Positions 58,112 through 64,000 of a DNA stretch of 64,000 nt are shown here, one piece after another. Source of the stretch: a virus. Both the position numbers and the translations under genes were made by a program. The stretch spans positions 7,430 through 71,429 of the IMG/VR virus record IMGVR_UViG_3300025431_000004. One strand, 5' to 3'. Within the stretch, counting starts at the first letter, position 1, and each line of letters opens with the position of its first letter. The notes under the pieces are model-generated. The model was given only the letters and a program-made list of their open reading frames with translations. It ran no database searches and was not told the origin of the DNA.

Positions 58112-58485
58112 TATTCTTCCTTTGGTTCATATTGTGAGATTGTAATTTCTACTCTTGGATTTTCTTTGTCGTAGAATTTTTCTATGGTCATTTTCTGGAT
58201 TAGGTCGTCATCTTCATAGACTTCTGCATGTGTGAGAGCGTCTAATAATGATTTTAGAGGATTGTCTAAATCCCTCTTCCTCTTGTCTTTAAAATAATAT
58301 TTTATGTCCATTTGTAATGGTAGATTTGCTCGTAGCTGCATTTTATTTCTAATACACCAATGAATTACAAACTTTCGATACTCTTTTCCTTCTTTTTTTA
58401 TATATTTTATTACTCTATTGCCTTTTGCAATATGACCGTAGTATCCGTTTATGCTTGGTGGTACTGGTAATGTTAAGTTATACAT
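58111..58485 (-). CDS. rusA: RusA Holliday junction resolvase
   Basis: LPVPPSIN, RDLDNPLKSLLDAL, YEDDDLI. Confidence 0.92.
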   Translation of the reverse strand: MYNLTLPVPPSINGYYGHIAKGNRVIKYIKKEGKEYRKFVIHWCIRNKMQLRANLPLQMDIKYYFKDKRKRDLDNPLKSLLDALTHAEVYEDDDLIQKMTIEKFYDKENPRVEITISQYEPKEE

Positions 58486-58834
58486 TATTTCCCTTTTTGT
58501 ATTCCTTCAACCTTAGAAAATAGTCTTCTGGATCAATTTCACGTCCGTCTGCTGGAATTTTTTGGATTAATTCTATTTTGTAGAGCTGTCCGTGGTTTAT
58601 ATTCTCAAGTCCTAGTAATGGGAAGTTTTTGTCATCCACTTCTAATAGGATAGTGTCTTGCCAACCACAACCTTCACAACCATGGCAGGAGAGTCGTTTT
58701 TGCTTGTTCAATCGCTTCATTATGCTGAATCCGCGATTAGTTATGCCGTTGTAAACGTTGCCTCGGTAGATTGAGCCGGGGCAGGTTACAATTTTGTCGT
58801 TTTCTTCATCGTTGGACAGTTGGAGCGTGAGCAT
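58478..58834 (-). CDS. hypothetical protein
   Basis: LSCHGCEGC; AGGA RBS. Confidence 0.6.
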   Translation of the reverse strand: MLTLQLSNDEENDKIVTCPGSIYRGNVYNGITNRGFSIMKRLNKQKRLSCHGCEGCGWQDTILLEVDDKNFPLLGLENINHGQLYKIELIQKIPADGREIDPEDYFLRLKEYKKGNNV

Positions 58835-58945
58835 GTGATCATTTCCTTTTTATTTTCGTAATCTCTGTGACCGCAGAGGGTAATTCTTACTTTTCTTTGG
58901 TGGAGTTTATAAGTTTTGGTAAATATTTGTTCTTGAAGGCTGCAT

Positions 58946-59215
58946 CTACTGCCGAAGGTGGGGTGATACTGAATATTGTTTTTTGGATACTGGCTCATCG
59001 TTTAATAATTCCCATTTGTTGTTTTTAAGGATGAAGTCTTTGTGGATGCGAATTATATCGCCTTCTTCTGGTAAGGAATAGTCTAGCATTTCACCATAAT
59101 GCGTTTTGTAATAGATAGGTTTGTTGTTTTCTGTGATATAGCCGATTGAATACTCGAATCCGCCTTTAAGGAAACATCTGAACTCTTTTATATGTGGTGG
59201 TTTGTTAATACTCAT
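58946..59215 (-). CDS. hypothetical protein
   Basis: ATGA coupling. Confidence 0.55.
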   Translation of the reverse strand: MSINKPPHIKEFRCFLKGGFEYSIGYITENNKPIYYKTHYGEMLDYSLPEEGDIIRIHKDFILKNNKWELLNDEPVSKKQYSVSPHLRQ

Positions 59216-59430
59216 TTTCTATTTTGCATCCATTGTCTGATTATCGCCACCATCATATCAGGGTCTAAATCTTTGATGGTTTCTGGATTTTTGACTACTT
59301 TAATGATTTTTAATAGGTCGGTAGTGTGTTCGATTTTTGTGTGAGGGTCTTCGACTACTATTTTTATTGATAGTAGATCCTCGTCGACCTTTTTTCTTTG
59401 GATTTTATTAATATCGATTACGTTGCTCAT
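59212..59430 (-). CDS. hypothetical protein
   Basis: MSNVIDI start after AAAGGA. Confidence 0.6.
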   Translation of the reverse strand: MSNVIDINKIQRKKVDEDLLSIKIVVEDPHTKIEHTTDLLKIIKVVKNPETIKDLDPDMMVAIIRQWMQNRK

Positions 59431-59797
59431 TGATATTCCTTTGTTAGGTGCCGGTAACGCTGGCCTGTAAATTATCAAGTCTTCAAGCTGCCTTGGAGTG
59501 TTACCGGCTTAGAAGGAATTTTATCGGAAAATTTTTATAAAGGTTTGAAATAGGATTTAAATAAAATTGGTTTGTAGGGGGGGGTGTAAAGTTTTGTGTT
59601 TAGAGTGTTCTTTGATAGTTGTAATAGTTGATTGCTTAGAGCTTCGATCTTTTGGTCTTGTTCTGTGATGATTAAAAGTATCTCCGAGGAAATATTTGGT
59701 AAGTCGCTCGTTTATTAGTTGGTAGTCTCGTGTTGAGGCGTGAGAGAGCCATCATTTCATTTTCTAATGTCTTGACTCTCTCCATTATTTTCCTAAT

Positions 59798-59977
59798 TTA
59801 GGTGATTGGTTCTATTGGTAGGAACTTTGTTTGTAAGCCGTTTGAGTATACCATGTGGTCGTTGTTTGAGTAGAGGTAAGTGTAATGGTGGTGGGAGGGA
59901 GGAGAGGTTAGGAAGAGGGAGATGGAGGTGATTATTGAGAGGATTGTTAGGAGGGTGAGGATGGTGAAGGTTATCAT
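59798..59977 (-). CDS. 59-aa membrane-anchored protein with G-free coding stretch (not in ORF track)
   Basis: AAAAGGA RBS; MITFTILTLLTILSIITSISLFLTSPPSHHHY...; first gene after consensus promoter. Confidence 0.6.
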   Translation of the reverse strand: MITFTILTLLTILSIITSISLFLTSPPSHHHYTYLYSNNDHMVYSNGLQTKFLPIEPIT

Positions 59978-60019
59978 TTTAAGTCCTTTTGAATTGGTTA
60001 GTTACATTGTGTGTTAGGG

Positions 60020-60048
60020 ATTATACTGAGGAAATGAGTAGGTGTCAA
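60020..60048 (-). promoter_or_regulatory. perfect sigma70 promoter TTGACA-N17-TATAAT
   Basis: Read directly on - strand. Confidence 0.88.
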
Positions 60049-60223
60049 TGGGTTTATAGTATTATTATATTGTGATGTTTGGTTTGGATTGGGAGGATTT
60101 TTTGAAAAAATATGTGAAAATCGGTCACAAGGTATAAAAGTCATGGGGATAATAAACCCCGTTAATAGAGTGTACGACGATATAAAAATAACTTATTTTT
60201 AAAGTTATTTTATTAATAATTAT

Positions 60224-60415
60224 TTATGAAAACCAAAAATACATACTCTTATTTTTATTTATTGAATAGAATTTTTCTATTCTATCTATAATAATTTCAT
60301 AATTAAGACTAGATATATCACCATGTTTATCCTTATATATAGCAGTAAATCTATACTCACCATCGTATTTATCATTAAATTGTTTTTGTGTTATCATATC
60401 TTTATTATTCCTCAA
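60224..60415 (-). CDS. early hypothetical protein
   Basis: Last of coupled AT-rich gene run. Confidence 0.55.
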   Translation of the reverse strand: MRNNKDMITQKQFNDKYDGEYRFTAIYKDKHGDISSLNYEIIIDRIEKFYSINKNKSMYFWFS

Positions 60416-60746
60416 TTAAAACAAAGTGAGCAACAACTTCAAAATTGCCTGATTCTTCTATAGTATCAATAAACGGTTTATCTGATAATATAAAACCTTC
60501 ACTTTGTATTTCTGTTTTTATAGAATCATAGTCTATTTCATATTCATCATTATATGATTCTATATATCCGTCATTTAATTCTGATAATAGTGATTCTGTT
60601 AATTCTATTTTTGTCATATCTTTATATATTGAAACGTATAAAACAGGGTTTGTATGACCGGAAAAATAATCAGGTAGGCAAATATCGTTTATTGCAATGT
60701 TGTTGTAAATCATTTTATATAACCCTTTCAAGTAAAGCATTTTCAA
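60405..60746 (-). CDS. acidic early hypothetical protein
   Basis: DICLPDYFSGH motif; D/E rich; start probably 60713. Confidence 0.6.
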   Translation of the reverse strand: MKMLYLKGLYKMIYNNIAINDICLPDYFSGHTNPVLYVSIYKDMTKIELTESLLSELNDGYIESYNDEYEIDYDSIKTEIQSEGFILSDKPFIDTIEESGNFEVVAHFVLIEE

Positions 60747-61188
60747 TCATATCAATACCTAAGTCTATCTCTAAAGAAATAGGATTGTAGACAAGAAAAC
60801 CACACCATTGTTCATCATAATTATAGTCTCTAATCATAACGCCTAGACTTTCTTCAATTATTTTTTTTCGATTTGGTGTCATTCTAATACTACAATGAAC
60901 ATCAAATTCGTGATAATGACATACTGAAAACATATCCTTTGATACACTATAATACCCAGCGCAATCATTAACCTGCCATAATTCCCATTCGTCTATGATA
61001 TAATTTTCAACAACTTCATATTCTTCATAGCTCAATTCGCGACCTAAATTTTCAGCCAATATTTTTTTAATATCATTCTGATAATATTGTATTGAATCAC
61101 CCATTTCAAAATTTTCTATTAGCATCTTTTTTTCGTTTTCAATACCATCATTTTCAGCTTTTTCGATTATTTCTTTTAAATTAATCAT
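60715..61188 (-). CDS. acidic early hypothetical protein
   Basis: AGGA RBS; D/E rich. Confidence 0.65.
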   Translation of the reverse strand: MINLKEIIEKAENDGIENEKKMLIENFEMGDSIQYYQNDIKKILAENLGRELSYEEYEVVENYIIDEWELWQVNDCAGYYSVSKDMFSVCHYHEFDVHCSIRMTPNRKKIIEESLGVMIRDYNYDEQWCGFLVYNPISLEIDLGIDMIENALLERVI

Positions 61189-61190
61189 TT

Positions 61191-61484
61191 TTAATAATCC
61201 TTTTTTATTTTTGGTAAGCAGTGTTTTAGAGCTGTAAATATATGAGTATCATTCAAGTATGAATATAGTTCATCGCAGAAAAAAACATTTAATTTTGCAG
61301 CTTTTGCAACGTCAAAACAAAACCTCATTTGCAGATTTTTAACTTTATCGCTATTTGCAAACAGCCCTTTTTCATATTGACTCGCAACATTAGGATACTT
61401 CTCTAAAACAATATCTATTTGTCTTTTCATGTGTTCCAAGTGGTGGTTTTTAATTTTCATTTTAATAGCCTTATTTATTATCAA
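61191..61484 (-). CDS. early hypothetical protein
   Basis: LYSYLNDTHIFTALK motif; start probably MKIK. Confidence 0.62.
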   Translation of the reverse strand: MIINKAIKMKIKNHHLEHMKRQIDIVLEKYPNVASQYEKGLFANSDKVKNLQMRFCFDVAKAAKLNVFFCDELYSYLNDTHIFTALKHCLPKIKKDY

Positions 61485-61486
61485 AA

Positions 61487-61702
61487 CTAACTTTTATAAT
61501 CTAAAACAAGCAAAACCGGTTTATATCCTGAATGATAAGAATCACCAAAAACACTTCTACCACACCCATTATATGTAATATCTTTCTTACAAACTGTTTT
61601 TACAACTCCATTATGCTCTATTAAATCATTAGTTTGTAATAATGAAATATGAATCTTTCTTGTATTATAAATTTCCATTTTAACATCCTTTATTATCTTC
61701 AA
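61487..61702 (-). CDS. conserved early phage protein
   Basis: HIS...HNGVVKTV...FGDSY..GY.PV pattern. Confidence 0.6.
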   Translation of the reverse strand: MKIIKDVKMEIYNTRKIHISLLQTNDLIEHNGVVKTVCKKDITYNGCGRSVFGDSYHSGYKPVLLVLDYKS

Positions 61703-61710
61703 AACGGGTT

Positions 61711-62151
61711 TTAGTTTTTTGCTAGGTTTTCAAAAAACATTTGATTCTTAGTTACCCCGCGTCCTGTTTTATCAGAATATCTATAACCTGTTAGTTTTGC
61801 CCATACTTTTAATGCTAATTTCTGTGAACTATTTGTACGATAATAACTATCGGTAAAATCAATACCAGTCATTTGAAGCATAATAAAAGCTTGAACCCTA
61901 TTCGGTTTTTCGCACCTATTATTATACCCGTAATAATTTTCGCCTCTTAATTGTTCTATACATTCTTTAGGTGTTCCCGCTGCTAGACTTCTAACACAAG
62001 ATAGATTGCCACTAGCTTCTACCATATATAACTCGACACGATGCCAACCCGTATGATGCCCATACTTGAAAAAGTAAACAGAGCCGCTATCACATTGGAC
62101 AGAATTTCTATCTGCTATATATTGCTGTAAATTTGCTTTTAATATTCGCAT
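61711..62151 (-). CDS. early hypothetical protein
   Basis: Coupled ORF. Confidence 0.62.
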   Translation of the reverse strand: MRILKANLQQYIADRNSVQCDSGSVYFFKYGHHTGWHRVELYMVEASGNLSCVRSLAAGTPKECIEQLRGENYYGYNNRCEKPNRVQAFIMLQMTGIDFTDSYYRTNSSQKLALKVWAKLTGYRYSDKTGRGVTKNQMFFENLAKN

Positions 62152-62391
62152 TTATTTATCCCCGCAATATACTGCTACAAAATCACCGTTTTTTAATTGT
62201 CCAATTACATAATCATAATCATTCCATCCTAGTTTTATCAGTAATTTATCTACAGAATTTTTAACATTCTGCTCTAAATTAAATTCGCCAACTTGATTAA
62301 CAGTATTAGAGCTAGCAACACACGATGCTTTATATCTAATATTATTATTTCTTTGTGTTGGTGATAATGTTCTTATCAATATAGCTTGCAT
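62152..62391 (-). CDS. conserved early phage protein
   Basis: MQAI...PT....RYKA pattern. Confidence 0.62.
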   Translation of the reverse strand: MQAILIRTLSPTQRNNNIRYKASCVASSNTVNQVGEFNLEQNVKNSVDKLLIKLGWNDYDYVIGQLKNGDFVAVYCGDK

Positions 62392-62612
62392 TATATATGC
62401 ACCTTTTTAAATTTAACGCCATTAATAATTGCGGCTCTGTTATCGTTTTTATTTTCTAACCATTCAATTTCTAACATGACTTGAGAGACTTGAACATTAT
62501 CTATAACAATATTGAAACGTCTTAGACCTAAAACATTATCGTTTGATCCGTGATTAAAAACTTGTATTAAATCTCGTTCGATATTATCAACTAACATTTT
62601 TAATTTGCTCAT
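62391..62612 (-). CDS. early hypothetical protein
   Basis: TAATG coupling, AGGTGA RBS. Confidence 0.6.
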   Translation of the reverse strand: MSKLKMLVDNIERDLIQVFNHGSNDNVLGLRRFNIVIDNVQVSQVMLEIEWLENKNDNRAAIINGVKFKKVHI

Positions 62613-63163
62613 TATTTATCACCTTTTTGTTTTGCAGCTAAGTAAACAGGATAAAATTCGTGCATGAAGTTAACCATTTTAATAATCTGATTATCTTGAT
62701 CACCTGATTTACCAATTTTGCGAAGTTTGAACGCTTTTATTTCTGCTTCAGTTGCAAGTGGATTTTTCATAAGATAGTCACATAAAACGCGATATTGCCC
62801 GACAAATTCATTATTAATTCTTGACGGCTGTTTGTTGCCTGTTATAGAGTGATAGACGTTTTTAAATGTAGTCTTTACGTCAAACGTACATTGCTTTTGT
62901 AAAGTATCTTCTATAAGCTTGTATGCTTTATAAGATAGCTTTGAATCACTCTTAATAGTAAGACTAATCAACTCGTTAACTATTTCAGCTTTTTTTTCTG
63001 CTGAATAAATCGCACCTATTTCTAATCCAGTTTGCCTGAAATATTGCCTTATTTCCCCATAAGGTAAACCAGCAATCGCTAATTCGTTCATTATTTCAGA
63101 CTCAGTCAAATTGTTTTTGAACCCGTCTTTAATGATCTTGGTGAATTTAGTATATTCGATCAT
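62612..63163 (-). CDS. early hypothetical protein
   Basis: AAGGA RBS, 183 aa. Confidence 0.65.
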   Translation of the reverse strand: MIEYTKFTKIIKDGFKNNLTESEIMNELAIAGLPYGEIRQYFRQTGLEIGAIYSAEKKAEIVNELISLTIKSDSKLSYKAYKLIEDTLQKQCTFDVKTTFKNVYHSITGNKQPSRINNEFVGQYRVLCDYLMKNPLATEAEIKAFKLRKIGKSGDQDNQIIKMVNFMHEFYPVYLAAKQKGDK

Positions 63164-63166
63164 TAT

Positions 63167-63397
63167 CTATTCCTTATCTATCCAAAAAAAATAAGTATTA
63201 AACGACTTATCGTTTTGCCCAAAATCTTTCATTAAATCTATAATAGAATCAAAGTCATCGTCTGATTCACATATGTCATTTTCTAATAAATATAGTGATA
63301 ATATTTCCACGTGATTTACATCACCCCATTTTTTTATCTCAATAGCGTTGTTAGTATAATCTGTTGTGCTGAAATTTAATCTGTCAATTATATTCAT
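63167..63397 (-). CDS. acidic early hypothetical protein
   Basis: GAGGA RBS. Confidence 0.62.
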   Translation of the reverse strand: MNIIDRLNFSTTDYTNNAIEIKKWGDVNHVEILSLYLLENDICESDDDFDSIIDLMKDFGQNDKSFNTYFFWIDKE

Positions 63398-63400
63398 ATT

Positions 63401-63532
63401 CTAGTCCTCATATTCTGCTTGATTAAAATTAAAAACATCTTTAATTTCAATTTCTTCAAATTCTCCAATTTGATCAATTAATGACCATTCTAAATCCAGA
63501 ATTTCAATTTCTTCTATTTCTTGTAAAAACAT
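63401..63532 (-). CDS. 43-aa extremely acidic protein (not in ORF track)
   Basis: MFLQEIEEIEILDLEWSLIDQIGEFEEIEIKDVFNFNQAEYED; AAGGA RBS; first gene after promoter. Confidence 0.68.
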   Translation of the reverse strand: MFLQEIEEIEILDLEWSLIDQIGEFEEIEIKDVFNFNQAEYED

Positions 63533-63561
63533 TTTGTTTTCCTTTTTTTAGTTTATGATTC

Positions 63562-63590
63562 ATCTTAAAACTATTTATAAATTCTTGCAA
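63562..63590 (-). promoter_or_regulatory. sigma70-like early promoter TTGCAA-N17-TAAGAT
   Basis: Read on - strand just upstream of the early gene run. Confidence 0.62.
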
Positions 63591-63906
63591 GCTATTTGTG
63601 AATTATTTCTATAATTATTTATACTATATAGAATGTCGGAAAAAACTAGGTGTTTGAAAACTGAACAAGCAAGCGCTAACTATGTTATTTTTTTTCTGTT
63701 GAAAAAAAATAACATACTTTTTTGTTATGGTATGCATCAAAAAATTTTTATCATTCTGTTATTGAATTTTGATTTTTTTTCAGATTTATTTTTTGCAAAT
63801 TTTTTCAGTAAATTTTTTAAATTGTTTTTATTAATTTATTATTTATTTATCTTTTTAACTTTTGTCTTTATTATTTTTGTAACTAATTATTTTATTATTT
63901 AATTAT

Positions 63907-63977
63907 TTAATTATTTTTCATTTTTATTATTTTTGGATTTAATTATTTTTCATTTTTATTATTTTTGGATTTAATTA
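63907..63977. repeat. 32-bp AT-rich tandem repeat (about 2.2 copies)
   Basis: TTAATTATTTTTCATTTTTATTATTTTTGGAT at 63907 and 63939. Confidence 0.75.
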
Positions 63978-64000
63978 ATTAAGTTTTAACAAACGCACTA

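Noticed and set aside
59500-59785. Possible frameshifted coiled-coil gene (MERVKTLENEMM... then ...EQDQKIEALSNQLL)
   Set aside because: No recognisable slippery site or family; cannot separate a real frameshift from a sequencing error or chance
63633-63902. 89-aa Phe/Ile-rich + strand ORF
   Set aside because: By-product of T-rich low-complexity DNA, opposite to local transcription

Overview
Nearly the whole window is one tailed dsDNA phage, siphovirus-like and probably infecting an aquatic gammaproteobacterium. No integrase, tRNA, CRISPR array or reverse transcriptase was seen. Layout: (1) 1-1.6 kb small + strand hypothetical genes. (2) About 1.8-4.4 kb, a mosaic of captured bacterial/plasmid DNA: a pilX 5' fragment, the parA 3' end, an amber-interrupted parG with operator-like and DnaA boxes, an intact BsuBI/PstI-type adenine methyltransferase and a truncated cognate endonuclease. 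Two structured non-coding regions flank it (about 1.56-1.73 kb and 4.96-5.16 kb). (3) Primase-helicase on the - strand, divergent from a + strand replication/nucleotide operon (ThyX, SF1 helicase, Sak4-like ATPase, DUF669 SSB, dCMP deaminase, Cas4-like nuclease, SF2 helicase, DnaQ, DnaE; 9.4-21.8 kb). (4) A long - strand late region: TerL, portal, scaffold, MCP, Mu-like neck genes, tail tube, frameshifted chaperone, tape measure, tail tip, adhesin, sulfotransferase, lysis cassette followed by a stand-alone receiver domain, and a second 14-gene fibre/adhesin module. (5) - strand early/middle genes (dUTPase, RusA, many small acidic proteins) and an AT-rich end. All family calls are from motif recognition by eye; no database searches were run.
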